Source of the DNA: Planktothrix sp. GU0601_MAG3
GTDB taxonomy: Bacteria; Cyanobacteriota; Cyanobacteriia; Cyanobacteriales; Microcoleaceae
Direction of reading: 5' to 3'
DNA length: 64,000 nucleotides
Assembly (NCBI GenBank): GCA_035193785.1
Contig: CP136572.1
Location: 3,572,578 to 3,636,577, forward strand
Part shown: piece after piece, positions 23,270 to 36,041 of the stretch
Layout: every line of letters begins with the position of its first letter
Position numbering within the stretch: position 1 is the stretch's first letter
Made by a program: the position numbers and the translations under genes
Notes under the pieces: generated by a model
Told to the model about the DNA's origin: nothing
What the model saw: the letters and a program-made list of their open reading frames with translations, nothing else
Databases searched by the model: none

Positions 23270-24328
23270 TTAATCTTTTCGGGCGGTGAGGAAATAGGTG
23301 AACATTTCGCCTTTGCCTTTAATTTCAATAATGCCACGCTCCTGAAAAATGTATTTATGTTTTAAACGTTGGTAGGTAGTTTCTGTGACTTGAATTTTGC
23401 CTGCGACGCCATGGGACTCCATGCGGTTAGCGGTGTTTACCGTATCTCCCCAGAGGTCATAGGTAAACTTCTTTGTCCCAATGACTCCGGCTTCTACTGC
23501 ACCGATATTAATTCCGGTGCGCATTTGTACAGGTTCATTGCCTTCGAGCCGAAATTGACCGATAATGCTTTGCATATCTAAAGCCATATCTGCGATCGCT
23601 TCTGCATGGTCAGAGCGGGGAGTTGGTAATCCTCCCACTACCATATAGGCATCTCCGATGGTTTTAATTTTTTCCAAGCCATATTTTTCCGCTAACTCAT
23701 CAAAAGCCGAAAAAATTTCGTTGAGAACTTCCACTAATTGAGCCGGGGATAAATTAGCGGATAATTTAGTAAAATTGACAATATCTGCAAATAAAACCGT
23801 GACATCGGCGAAACTATCCGCAATGGTGCTTTCTCCCCGTTTCAGACGTTGGGCGATCGCTCCGGGTAAAATATTTAATAATAATCGTTCTGATTTTTCC
23901 TGTTCTTCTGCTAACTTTTTTAAATAGGCTTGTTCTTGATCCCGTAGGCGTTTTTTTTCTAAACAGGCATTAATTCTAGCTTTTAATAAAACCGGATTAA
24001 ATGGTTTAGATAAATAATCTTCCGCCCCCAATTCAATACAACGAACAATACTATCAATATCATTAACTGCCGAAATCATCACCACGGGAATATGACGCAA
24101 GGCGGGGTCGGCTTTCAAAGTTTCCAAGACTTGATAGCCATTCATTTGAGGCATCATAATATCCAGCAATACCAAATCCAGGGACATTGAAGCCATCATT
24201 TCCAGAGCTTCAAAGCCATTAGAAGCCACAGTCACCCCGTAACCTTGGCGCTGGAGTCTTTTAGCCAGGAGGTCACGGTTAACCTCATTATCATCAACAA
24301 TTAGTACGCGATCGGGTTGAGCGTCCAT
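23270..24328 (-). CDS. class III adenylate/guanylate cyclase with N-terminal receiver
   Basis: REC domain; LFADIVNFT, KIKTIGDAYM, YDLWGDTVNTANRMES. Confidence 0.9.
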   Translation of the reverse strand: MDAQPDRVLIVDDNEVNRDLLAKRLQRQGYGVTVASNGFEALEMMASMSLDLVLLDIMMPQMNGYQVLETLKADPALRHIPVVMISAVNDIDSIVRCIELGAEDYLSKPFNPVLLKARINACLEKKRLRDQEQAYLKKLAEEQEKSERLLLNILPGAIAQRLKRGESTIADSFADVTVLFADIVNFTKLSANLSPAQLVEVLNEIFSAFDELAEKYGLEKIKTIGDAYMVVGGLPTPRSDHAEAIADMALDMQSIIGQFRLEGNEPVQMRTGINIGAVEAGVIGTKKFTYDLWGDTVNTANRMESHGVAGKIQVTETTYQRLKHKYIFQERGIIEIKGKGEMFTYFLTARKD

Positions 24329-24530
24329 CTCTTATTAGTGGCTCCTACTGTCGTCTTGGGATAGTAACAACAAGTACCACGCCTCCAGCTAAGGTTTTCA
24401 TCAAATCAGTTGCTCAGATAAAAATTGAGATCGCTTTTAGCAGATTCTACAAGACTTCCGCAACCGTTGTGAACTGCAATCATCAATCAGCGCCAGAGCA
24501 GAGATTTGTTTCTCTTGACTGATAACTGGT

Positions 24531-24556
24531 ACAGACGCGCCATGGCACGTCTCCAC
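24531..24556. repeat. REP-like palindrome
   Basis: AGACGCGCCATGGCACGTCT hairpin; related copies near 33870, 56820-56990 and 63878. Confidence 0.7.
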
Positions 24557-24566
24557 TGATAACTGA

Positions 24567-24944
24567 TTATGGTGCCGTTGCCTTTTTTAAACAGACTTCT
24601 ATTTTTTCCAATAGACGGGAAAATTCTACGGGTTTTGTATCATAATCATTGCATCCGGCGGCTAAACATTTTTCCCGATCGCCCGCCATGGCATGGGCCG
24701 TTAAGGCAATTACGGGAATAGCTTTAGTTTTTGGATCGGCTTTAATTTGTCGGGTGGCTTCCCATCCATCCATCACGGGTAAACTCATATCCATCAGAAT
24801 CAGATCGGGCATTGTGGAACGGGTCAGTGCCACACCCTCAGCCCCATCGACGGCAATAAATACCTCATATCCCTTTCGGAATAGACGTCGTTTCAGCATA
24901 TCCCGATTCATTTCATTATCTTCAACTAATAAAATCTTTACCAT
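24567..24944 (-). CDS. single-domain response regulator (DivK-like)
   Basis: LLVEDN, LMDMSLP, ALTAHAM, TKP. Confidence 0.9.
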   Translation of the reverse strand: MVKILLVEDNEMNRDMLKRRLFRKGYEVFIAVDGAEGVALTRSTMPDLILMDMSLPVMDGWEATRQIKADPKTKAIPVIALTAHAMAGDREKCLAAGCNDYDTKPVEFSRLLEKIEVCLKKATAP

Positions 24945-24982
24945 GATCTGATCTCAACATTAAGAGTTTAGGGTTAGAATTT

Positions 24983-27900
24983 TCACGATTTAGAATTTAA
25001 GGGAAACTGTTTCAGACTAGCATTTAACAAGGTATGAATTTCCCGCAACAGGTCTTCACCGCTATAACTGCCTTTCTGAAGAATTTGCTCCACATAGCCC
25101 CGTAATTGCATCCATTCTGTGGGGGTTAATTCCGCCGCCGTAATTACGATAATTGGGATATTCGCCCACTGTTCGGCTCTGTGAAGGTCGTGGATCAACT
25201 CAAAACCACTTTTTTTGGGAAGAACTAAATCAAGTAGAATCAGTCTAGGCGGTGACTGCTGGATCAGTTGTAATGCTACCTCGCCATCGGTCGCCTCTTG
25301 AACTATCCAACCCTGTCGCTGTAATAATCCGCGTAACATTTGTCGGATGATGGGATCATCTTCAACAACTAAAATGTGATTAGCCAGGGGTAGAATATCC
25401 CGTTTCCGATCCGGTTGATACTTATTCAGTAAAGTAGCCAGACGCTTCCCATCAAAAGGTTTTGTCAGATAGTCCGATGCACCTAAAGCAAACCCTCGAT
25501 TTTTATTGCTGATGAACGATAGGACGATCACTGGAATCTCAGCTAGATTGGGATCGGCTTTTAATGTTGATAATACTGCCCAACCGCTCATTTTTGGTAG
25601 GATTATATCTAAAATTACGGCATCGGGACGCAGTTCTTGGACGCGCTGAAGTCCTTCTTCTCCTGTTGCTGCGGTTTCTACCTGCATTCCGGCTCGAATT
25701 AGCGATCGCTCGATTAAATTCCGAGTATCGGGATCATCATCAATGATTAAGATCCTTGCCGATGAACTATTAACTGTCAAGGTAGGTTCAACCCAGATTA
25801 AATCTTCTTCTATCAAAGGTTTCCTCGAGTTCGGGTTGCAAAGTCGGATTTTCCGATTCTGAGAATAGGGATTGAACCCAGAGGGGCAAATAGACGGTAA
25901 AGGTGGAACCCTTGGACGGTTCACTATTCACGCTAATCGAACCCTGCATCATTTGACAGAAGCGTTGACTGATGGTGAGTCCTAATCCAGTTCCCCCATA
26001 ACGGCGAGTGGTGGAGGCGTCCCCTTGGGTAAAGGGTTCAAATAGTTGTTTTTGTTGTTCGGGGGTAATGCCAATCCCGGTATCTCGAACTTGGAAAGCA
26101 ATATAGCCGGATTTGGGATCGACGCTCAGATCCGGGGGGTGAACCTCTCCCCAGGGTAGGGTTTGGGCTAGACAAATATTCAGGGTAATTTGGCCATCTG
26201 AGGTGAATTTAGCCGCATTACTAATCAAGTTCAACAAGACCTGTCGGACTTTGGTTAAATCGGCAAGCATGGTGCTGGGGGTATGGGGGGCATAGTGGAT
26301 GTCCAATGTATTTCTATTTTGATCCACCAGTGGTTGGGCCGTGGCGACGACACTTTCAATTAACATCGGAATCTCAAAGGTTTCTAAATACAAATCCATG
26401 CGCCCCGCTTCTATTTTAGAAATATCTAAAATATCATTAATCAAAGATAGCAAGTTACGTCCAGCACTACGAATCCGCTCTAAATCGGGAACAATATCTT
26501 CATAGCCCGAGTCTCCGGCTTCCTCTGCCAAAATCTCACTATAGCCAATAATCGCATTTAAAGGAGTGCGGAGTTCGTGGCTCATATTGGCTAAAAAGCT
26601 ACTTTTGGCTCGGTTGGCGGCCACGGCGGCTTCCTTGGCTTGTTTCAGGGCTTCTGCGGCCTGTTTACTTTCGGTAATATCTTCGACCGTGCCTTCAAAA
26701 CAGAGGAGTTGTCCGGTTTTTTGATCCCGAACAGCCCGGGCATTTTCTGAGATCCAAATGATACTTCCATCCCGGCGATAAACTCGGGATTCAAACCCCG
26801 ACACTGAATTATTGTTTTTAATTTCTGCGATAAATTCGCTTCGGCGGTGAGGATTAATATATAATTGATCACCAAGATTTGTGATGGTTCGTAATAAATC
26901 CCCCGGGGAATTATAGCCTAAAATTCTTGCCAATGCCGGGTTAGCACTGAGGTATTTCCCTTCTGGAGTGGTTTGACAAATTCCCTCGGCGGCATTTTCA
27001 AAAATACTGCGATATTTGGCTTCAGTTTGTCGTAAAAATTCTTCAGTTTGTTGGCGTTTCAATGGCATTAGAAAACATTTCTCCTACCATTTTCAAGAGG
27101 GCAATATTGTCCGATGACCAGGTATAACTAGAATAGATAGAATCAAATCGCAGAAAGCCCACCAGGGCGCGACGACAGACTAACGGAACTAGAATAATGG
27201 ATGCAATTGCCGGTGAAGTATCGGTTTCGCAGTAGGATGATAATTCTAAACTTTGATGAAATTGTCGTAAATATTCTAAATCCTTTATTGCTTCCGGGGG
27301 TAAATCTTGAATGGCTAGATAAATATTTTCATAGCGGTTGAGTTGTTTTTCCAACCAAGGAATATCACAAAGGTAAAGTTTTGAGGGTAATATTTTCTTT
27401 AATAAATTGGTTAATCTGGAGTTGTCTCCTAAGCCAAGATTGGGACTTTTGCTGGCTAACCACTGATAGACCGAATTCATCTGGATTTCCTGATCGGCGA
27501 ATAAATATAAATAGCTTTGTTCCACCCCAATAAATATACTAATGCGTTCTAAAGCCTGTTGAATGCCATTTTCAATGCCATCGGTGGTTAAACTAATAAA
27601 GTGAGTCGATAAATTAGTAATTAATTGTTCAAATTCCACCCGATATTGCAGGGCTTTTTCCACTCGTTTCCGTTGGGTAATATCTCGAAAACTCCAAACT
27701 CTACCGACTAATTTTTCCCCAATTTGGGAAGGATGGGAATATAACTCAAAAATTCTGCCATCTTTGAACTCTACCACATCATAAGTTGGGGTTTGCGGTT
27801 CCGAAGAAAGCTGCATTACTGTTTTGAGAAATCGAGGCGGATCTTTTAATTGTCTTAACACAAAGGCTAGGGCAGATTGATCATGGGGAGGTTTAAATAG

Positions 27901-28653
27901 GGTGGTGGGAACTTGCCACATTTCCACGAATTTCTGATTAAAATTTAAGATTTTTCCCGTGCGATCAACGGCTAAAATTCCGGCATCGGTGGAATCAAAA
28001 GTTGCTCTTAATAGAGAGAGCGATCGTTCGGCTTCTAACTGGGCTTGTTTGCGTTCCGTAATGTCTAAAAACACCAAGACGGCTCCGATAAAAGTGTTTT
28101 GTTCTAAAATCGGAGTTAATACATAGGAAACGGGTAAAATACTACCATCGGCACAGAGAAATTGATCGTCACTGGATTTGATTGGTTCCAGCAGGGAGGT
28201 CAAATCTCCGGGGGTGGTAGCGAATTCGGTCATCTGTTGAAACCAATCTAAGGATAACTGCGATCGCCCTCCAATCCACTCTAAAATAGGGTTTCCGACT
28301 AATTCGACTTCCGACCATCCTAGGAGCCTTTCGGCCTCGGGATTCATTGATAACAAACGGCCCAGGGGATTTAAAATACATAACCCCGCCCCGAGGGAAC
28401 TAATCACCGATTTGGCTCGATTCCGTTCAGCTTGTAAACGGGCTTCTGATTCTTGAGTTTGTTGGTTATATAATTCCAACATTTCCCGGGAAGATAGGGT
28501 GAGGGAGCGCTCGATTAAATTTCGTTCCCGATCCGCTTCATTGTAGCTATGGTTAACCACTTCCAGAAATTCTTGCCATGTAGCGATATCAACCGGAGGA
28601 GTTTGTTGATCAAGACCCAGACGTTTGAGTTGGCGTTGGAGCGCGTAGTGCAT
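24983..28653 (-). CDS. multi-PAS/GAF hybrid histidine kinase with two receiver domains (frameshifts near 27055 and 25850)
   Basis: PAS repeats, [32 protein letters not shown] and two REC domains over three ORFs. Confidence 0.85.
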
Positions 28654-28788
28654 AGAATTTCGGGGTTGAAGAAGTCGGGATGCGGTCAGGGAAAAACGCA
28701 GCTAGGGGGGCTAGTTTTCCCCATGTTTTTTTTGGGGTAACGGATCTAGTTTAGCTTCTGGAATTAGCAAGTCATCAAAAATAAAAAA

Positions 28789-29889
28789 TTAGTTCCCGGA
28801 CGATACCCCATCAACCGGGTCAGAACTTTCTCCTTGTTGTTCAGCGATTAATTTGGGTTGTAAATACAGATTTTCAACTAATGCCGCCACTCCCGCAAAC
28901 CAGGGGGGTACAATTAATGCACCCAGAATCCCGAGAACTTGTACCCCGCCCAGAACGGATAAAAGCTGATACAACGGGTGAATTCCAACGGAGGAACCAA
29001 CTAACAAAGGATCGAGAATGTAGGCTTCAATATTTTGAATAATTCCATATAATAATAAAACCCAAACTACTAAAAATCCACCTTTGGCTACGGCTACAAT
29101 TAAGGCAGGAATTGCCCCTAAAATTGGGCCCAAAAAGGGGATTAAATTGGTGACTCCAGCGATCGCGCCTAAACCAATGGCAAAGTCTTTTAATCCTAAA
29201 AATCCTAACGCCGTTGTGGTGACAATCCCCAAAATTGCCGAGACTAAAATTCGGCCGCGAATATAACCCCCCATCCGTTGACTAATGGGGTTAACTTGGG
29301 CGGCTAATCTTTCATTCCAAGGATAGGGGAAAAATTGAATTAAACTATGAATTAGGGTTTTACTATCAGCCACCATATAGCCCGAAATAAATAGTGCTAA
29401 AATTAAACTGGCGACCCCGCCCACAATTCCCCGGGTGATACCATAGGAGCGTAAAATCAATTGTTGACTCGAACGAATCACCCAACTGGTTAGGGATTGA
29501 CTATCAATTAATTGTTCAATAAAAGCGGAGGTATCTGCTCCTAATCGACCCGCTAAATCCGTTGTAATTCCAATTATTTTTTCTGCAAAAATCGGAGATT
29601 GACGCACTAATAAGGTAATTTGATCCACAACCGCCGGCCCAATTACTAATCCAAATCCTGTTAATCCGGCAATTAAGGTTAGATAAACTAAAACCACAGA
29701 TAACCATCGAGGAACCTGTTTTGTTTCTGCCCAATTGACAATAGGAACAATAGAAGCAGCTAAAACTACAGAAATCATTAATAGGACGATTAAAGCTCGA
29801 ATTTGCCAAAGCAAAATAAGTAAGAATACTGATGCTAAAATCAGCAGCAGACTAGAGAGGGAAAATGAAATACGTCGTTCAGATTTCAT
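28789..29889 (-). CDS. AI-2E family transporter
   Basis: Multi-TM protein; IPFLGPILG, QNIEAYILDP.LVG..VGIHP motifs. Confidence 0.85.
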   Translation of the reverse strand: MKSERRISFSLSSLLLILASVFLLILLWQIRALIVLLMISVVLAASIVPIVNWAETKQVPRWLSVVLVYLTLIAGLTGFGLVIGPAVVDQITLLVRQSPIFAEKIIGITTDLAGRLGADTSAFIEQLIDSQSLTSWVIRSSQQLILRSYGITRGIVGGVASLILALFISGYMVADSKTLIHSLIQFFPYPWNERLAAQVNPISQRMGGYIRGRILVSAILGIVTTTALGFLGLKDFAIGLGAIAGVTNLIPFLGPILGAIPALIVAVAKGGFLVVWVLLLYGIIQNIEAYILDPLLVGSSVGIHPLYQLLSVLGGVQVLGILGALIVPPWFAGVAALVENLYLQPKLIAEQQGESSDPVDGVSSGN

Positions 29890-30141
29890 AGATTTGCTGT
29901 GAGCTATTCTCCGGGGTGGATACGGATAAAAAACTATATTTTAATTCTATTCACTTTCTTGATTTAGTCTAATCATTACCGGAACATTCGTCAAGAGAAA
30001 TTATCTATTAATCTGTTATTAACTATCTGATAATTGTTAAATGGGGAGACGGGGGGGATTCTATGAGAAATGGGCAATGATGGTTTGTTTTTTTGAGTGT
30101 TATAATAACTAATTCCAGGAAAAGAGGAGAAATTTTTATCT

Positions 30142-32512
30142 ATGAAAATTCATGTTGAAGGTTGGCGTTTTATTCCCCATGCCTATAGTATCGCCAATCA
30201 ATTCCAACTTTTGGAAACTGTCCAAGCGATCGCCCTTAGAAATAACCCATCAAGATATTGCCGGATTAAAACCCCAATGGCAACATTTAAACGGATTATT
30301 TCCATCGGAATTAGAAACCCAGTTACAACAAATTCCTCAAGCTATTAATCCCTCAGTTGATATTACTATCCGTCTTTATAAACCCTTTAATTTTAACTCA
30401 TCTAACAGTCAAAAAACCCTTGTCTATGCAACGGCTCCTTGGGGAATTTTAATTGATTCTTCCCCGCAACTTAAACCCCTATTTCACTTAAAAAATCTAA
30501 TAATTAATCCCGATGTTACTATAATTACTCCCTCCCAATGGTCACGGGAAGGACTGATCCGCAGTGGTCTAAATTCTCAACAGGTAAAGGTTATTCCTTG
30601 GGGTGTTGATCCCAAAATTTATTATCCCCTAACTGAAACAGAAAGAATCCAATTAAGAAAACAATGGGGATGGGAAGATTATTTTATCTTTTTTCATGTT
30701 GGAAGTTTACAGAATCAAGATGGAATTAAACCAATTTTAAGAGCTTTTTCTAGTATTATAGAAAAATATCCCCAGGCGCGATTAGTTTTAAAAGGATCGG
30801 ATTCTTTCCATGACTCTAACCATTGGTTAAATAGTGCTAGTAAACAGGTATTAACCGAGGAAGAAGTTAGTAAAGTTAAACAGCGAGTTGCCTATTTTAA
30901 TCAAACCCTATCCTGTACATCCCTAGCCCAACTTTACCAAATTTCCGATGCTTATTTAGCGGTGGATATTGCTACGGCTTTTAATTTATCCGTATTAGAA
31001 GCAGCCGCATCGGGACTACCGATTATTTATACTGCTGGAGGAGCAACTGAGGAAATTATTAATCCAGAGTTTACCCTAACAATAGATACTCGATTTAAAA
31101 CTAAAATTATTCAAAATCAAAGCCAATTCTTTCTACATCCAAATTGGAACCATCTGGCGGAATTAATGCAGGAAGCCATAGATAATTCCACCTGGCGAGA
31201 ACAGGCTAGAAAAACTGCACCCGACTGGGTTAATCAACATTATACCTGGAAACATACCGTTGATCAACTCTTAGAAGTTTGCCAAGATCAAACAGCAATA
31301 TCCTGGGCAAATCCTATCAGTCAAGATTCTGTTTCTTTATCTTCTCCCCACAGTATTATTGTCGAAGGATGGCGAGATATTCCCCATTCCTATTCCTTTA
31401 TTAACAGTTATCAACTGTTGGAAATGGTCAAATATCCGGCGTTAAAAGTTTTTCATAAAGATATTCAATATGTCACCTCCGACTGGAAACCCAGCAAACA
31501 TTTATTAAGTGCTGAAGCCGAAGATTTATTAGACCGAATTCCGGTTCCTGAAACCGAACAACAAGCGGATGTCACCCTGCGGGTTTATTGTCCCTTTAAT
31601 TTAACAGCTTCCGCTAGTAAAAAAACCGCAATTTTTGGCTGTACAGAATGGGGAATTGTGCCACGTTCTATTTTAAATGGTATGAAAATTGAATGTTTTA
31701 GAGAAGCCCATCGCCATTCTGATACCTTAATTATTACGTCTTCCCATTGGTCGAGGGAAGGATTTATTCGCAGTGGGGCTGTTCCTGAACGGGTGGTGGT
31801 GATTCCTTTAGGAATTGACCCTAATATTTATCATCCTTTACCCGAAGAAAAACGACAGGAACTCAGAAAAATATTTGGCTGGAATGATTGTTTTATCTTC
31901 CTAAATATTGGGGTAATGTGGAATGAACGTCAGGGAATTGATCGAATTTTAAAAGCCTTCGCCCAGATTACAGAAAACTATCCCCAAGCTCGATTAGTAT
32001 TAAAAGGTAGAGATGCGATCTTTCCTTCTAAAGACTATCTCAAACAGGCGACAAAAGACACATTAACCGAGACAGAAATACAACGAATTTCCTCTCGAAT
32101 GGTCTATATTGGTAACAACTTATCCTCCCAAGAAATGGCACAACTCTATCAAGCCGCCGATGCTTATGTGTCTCCCTATGCCGCCGAAGGGTTTAATCTT
32201 CCAGTTTTAGAAGCGATGGCTTCTGGTATTCCCGTTATCTGTACCGACGGGGGGCCAACGGATGATTTTACAAATGACACATTAGTCTATAAAATCAGAA
32301 GTAAGTTCGAGCAAATGACATTAAAAACAGGTGAAACTCGATTCTTTTTAGAACCGGATCAAGACCATTTCTTACAGTTAATGGAAATGGTAATTCAAAA
32401 AGAAACCCTTTATCAATCCCTCCAAAAAATCGGGCCTGATTTTGTATCAAAAAGATTTACCTGGAAAATTGTGGTTGAGCAATTATTAAAGGTTTTATTC
32501 GATCGCCTTTAA
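30142..32512 (+). CDS. tandem double GT4-family glycosyltransferase (frameshift near 30215)
   Basis: Two homologous halves beginning VEGWR.IPH; second half has EGFNLPVLEAMASGIPV. Confidence 0.8.
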
Positions 32513-32632
32513 TTCTGAAATTTCAAGCAAAAATTTTTTTGAGATTCCGAGGTAGAAACTTTGTCATCGTAGGAATAATACGATACACTGAAAATTACAG
32601 TTTGAGTTTTTGACGTTTTTGGTAGTACCCCT

Positions 32633-33782
32633 ATGCAGTCCGCCGTCACACCTGAGACAGAATTAACCATGGATGACCCCAAGCGGGGAATGCCTGTTAC
32701 CATTATTACCGGGTTTCCTGGGGAGTGGGAAAACAACCCTCCTGAATCATATTTTATCCAATCAACATGGCATCAAAACCGCCGTGCTGGTGAATGAGTT
32801 TGGGGAGATTGGAATTGATAATGAATTGATTATCAATACCGATGAAGATAATACAATGGTTGAGTTAAGTAATGGCTGCGTTTGTTGCACCATTAATGAA
32901 GATTTAGTTAATGCAGTTTATAAGGTTTTAGAACGTCCTGAAAAAGTGGATTATATGGTGGTAGAAACCACCGGACTCGCCGATCCACTCCCGGTCGCTC
33001 TGACTTTTTTAAGTACAGAATTAAGGGATATGACTCGTTTAGATTCTATTGTCACCTTAGTTGATTGTGCCAACTTTAGTTTGGATTTATTCAATAGTCA
33101 AGCCGCCAATAGTCAAATTGTCTATGGGGATATTATTGTTTTAAATAAAACCGATTTAGTGGATGAAGCTGAGGTGGATTTATTGGAAGTCAGAATTCGG
33201 GATATGAAAAAAGATGCCCGAATTTTACGCACCAGTAACTCTCAAGTTCCCCTCCCCTTAATTCTAAGTGTGGGATTATTTCAATCCGATCAATATTTTG
33301 ATGATCAATCCCATGAAAACGAGCACAAACATGATCACGACCATGACCATGAAAACCATGATGATCATGTCTGTGATGACCATTGTGACCACGACCATGA
33401 CCATGACCATGACCATCACCACCATGACCACCATGACCACCATGACCATTCCAACCACTTAGAAAATGATGGTTTTACCTCCCTTTCATTCCAAAGTGAT
33501 CAACCCCTTTCTTTAAGAAAATTTCAATACTTTTTAGATAACCAACTTCCGGCGAGTGTATTCCGCGCTAAAGGAATTTTATGGTTTGATGAAAGTCCCA
33601 AACGCCATATTTTTCATCTAAGCGGAAAACGGTTTTCTATTGATGATGATGAGTGGAAAACTGAACCCAAAACCCAATTAGTTTTAATTGGTCAGGAATT
33701 AGATCATGAAACCCTGCGATCGCAACTCAATCATTGTTTATGTCTTCCCTCTACCAGTCGTGGAAAAGGTTTTGGGAAATAG
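32633..33782 (+). CDS. COG0523/CobW family metal-chaperone GTPase (frameshift near 32715)
   Basis: PVTIITGFLGSGKTT, NEFGE, GCVCC, ETTGLADP, His/Asp-rich insert, CobW_C domain. Confidence 0.9.
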
Positions 33783-33869
33783 AATATTAGTTAATAGGTG
33801 AACCATAGTAATGGTGCGTGTACTGACAATAACGCACCCTACTATTAACTGATGATTGATCACTGACAC

Positions 33870-33893
33870 AGACGCGCCGTGGCACGTCTCTAC
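33870..33893. repeat. REP-like palindrome
   Basis: AGACGCGCCGTGGCACGTCTCTAC followed by ACTGATA units, as at 24531. Confidence 0.7.
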
Positions 33894-33906
33894 ACTGATA
33901 ACTGAT

Positions 33907-34365
33907 ATGCGGGTAATTGTTCAACGAGTTAATGCGTCTCAAGTTACCGTCGGAGGTGAAATTATCGGTCAAATTGGGCGAGGACTGAACCTATTAGTCG
34001 GAATTTCCCAGACCGATACCGAAATAGAAATTAACTGGATGGTGCGAAAATGTTTAGAATTAAGATTATTTTCCGATCCCCAAACCAACACCGGAAAGTG
34101 GGAAAAATCCATCCAAGAAATTCAAGGTGAATTATTAGTGGTGAGTCAATTTACCCTCTATGGGGACTGTCGCAAGGGTCGGCGTCCGTCCTTTGATCGT
34201 TCAGCATCGCCAGTAACGGCGGAAAACCTTTATCAACAGTTTATTGAACAATTGCGTTTGAGTGGTTTAAAAGTAGAAACTGGTAAATTTGGCGCCATGA
34301 TGCAGGTTTCAATCGAAAATGATGGCCCGGTTACGTTAATCTTAGAAAAAGAAGCAAACTCTTAA
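33907..34365 (+). CDS. dtd: D-aminoacyl-tRNA deacylase
   Basis: [26 protein letters not shown]. Confidence 0.95.
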   Translation: MRVIVQRVNASQVTVGGEIIGQIGRGLNLLVGISQTDTEIEINWMVRKCLELRLFSDPQTNTGKWEKSIQEIQGELLVVSQFTLYGDCRKGRRPSFDRSASPVTAENLYQQFIEQLRLSGLKVETGKFGAMMQVSIENDGPVTLILEKEANS

Positions 34366-34393
34366 TTATTTATCTTATAAACTATTTAGAAAA

Positions 34394-35984
34394 ATGACTA
34401 TTTCGATTGATTTTGGAACCAGTAATACAGTGATTTCCCGTTGGAATTCGGCGACACAAAAACCCGAAACCTTAAAACTGCCTAATTTGTCTCAAATTTC
34501 CAGCCAAAACCCTCCCCTAATTCCTAGTTTAGTTTATCTAAAAGATGCCAGTCAACCCGAATTTTTATTGGGTCAGCAAGTACGGGATGGGGGCTATGAT
34601 ATTAGTAATGATCCTCGATTTTTTAGGAATTTTAAACGGGGAATTGGAAGTAATATTCAGGGATTTTTACCCGAAATTGATGGTCAAATTATTAGCTTTG
34701 AACGGGTGGGAGAACTATTTTTAAATGGCATTGTGAACGCGATGCTTCAAATCCCTCTGGATGTAAATTCTTTAGTATTTACGGTTCCGGTTGATAGCTT
34801 TGAATCCTATCGTCATTGGCTGGGAAAAGTTGCTGAATCCCTCAATGTAGAACAGGTAAAACTATTAGATGAACCCACGGCGGCGGCCCTAGGATATGGA
34901 TTAGCCGATCAAGAGCTTTTACTGGTAATTGATTTAGGGGGAGGAACATTAGATCTTTCCTTAGTTCGTTTAGAAGCCAATAGCAATAAAAAACCGTTAG
35001 GCTTTATTTTAAAATGGGGACAAAAATCCTTTGCAAAATCATCGGGACAACGGGTACAAACCGCCCGAGTTTTAGCGAAAGCGGGGCAAAATTTAGGCGG
35101 TTCTGATATTGATAATTGGTTGTTAGATTATTTTGCAAAAACCCAAGATTTACCCAAAACGGCCCTAACAACTCGTTTAGCTGAACGTTTAAAAATTCAA
35201 TTATCTTTACAAACCCAAGCAACGGAAGTTTATTTCGATGATCAAACTTTAGAGAGTTATGAATTGACCTTAACCCGGAATCAGTTTGAAACTATTCTTA
35301 CTAATGCTAGTTTTTTTGAAACCTTAGATGATTCTATTGGTAAAGTCTTCCAACAAGCTCGCCGTCAAGGAATTGAAGTTTCTGATATTAATGCTGTTTT
35401 ATTAGTGGGAGGAAGTGCTCAAATTCCATCGGTACAAACTTGGATTCAGCAATATTTTGATAATGATAAAATTCGCTGTGAAAAACCTTTTGAGGCGATT
35501 TCCCATGGAGCTTTGCAACTGAATCAAGGGATAAAAATAGAAGATTTTTTATATCATAGCTATGGGGTTCGCTATTGGAATCGTCGGGATAATTGCCATA
35601 GTTGGCATCCGATTATCAAATCAGGTCAACCCTATCCGATGACGAATCCGGTAGAATTATTATTGGGTGCATCTTTAGAAAATCAACCCAGTATTGAATT
35701 GATTTTAGGAGAATTGGGAGATGAAACCGGAGGGACAGAGGTTTATTTTGATGGCGATCGCCTGGTCACCCGTCGTTTAGATCAAAGCCAAATTGTCCAA
35801 TCTTTGAAACGATACCCCCGGCGGTCGAACTATTGCCCAATTAACCCCACCCGGAAACCCGGGAAGTGATCGAATTAAAGTATTATTTAAGGTGGATGAA
35901 AAACGATTGTTACGAATTACGGTTGAAGATTTATTAGCCGATAAACTGCTTTTAGATAATCAAGTTGTTGTCCAGTTAAGTTAG
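34394..35984 (+). CDS. Hsp70-family protein (frameshift near 35810)
   Basis: IDFGTSNT, EPTAAALGY, DLGGGTLD, LVGGSAQIP; the C-terminus continues in another frame to TAG 35984. Confidence 0.85.
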
Positions 35985-36041
35985 AGGGAAATACCAGATT
36001 GATCATGTTTAAAGTTAACTTCGATTTTGAGAGAAAAAAGT

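Noticed and set aside
32513..32632. Zur box upstream of the COG0523 gene
   Set aside because: No convincing TGATAATNATTATCA-like palindrome was seen
33268..33462. Met/Thr-rich and Met/Val-rich short ORFs
   Set aside because: Alternative frames of the His/Asp-rich linker of the COG0523 GTPase
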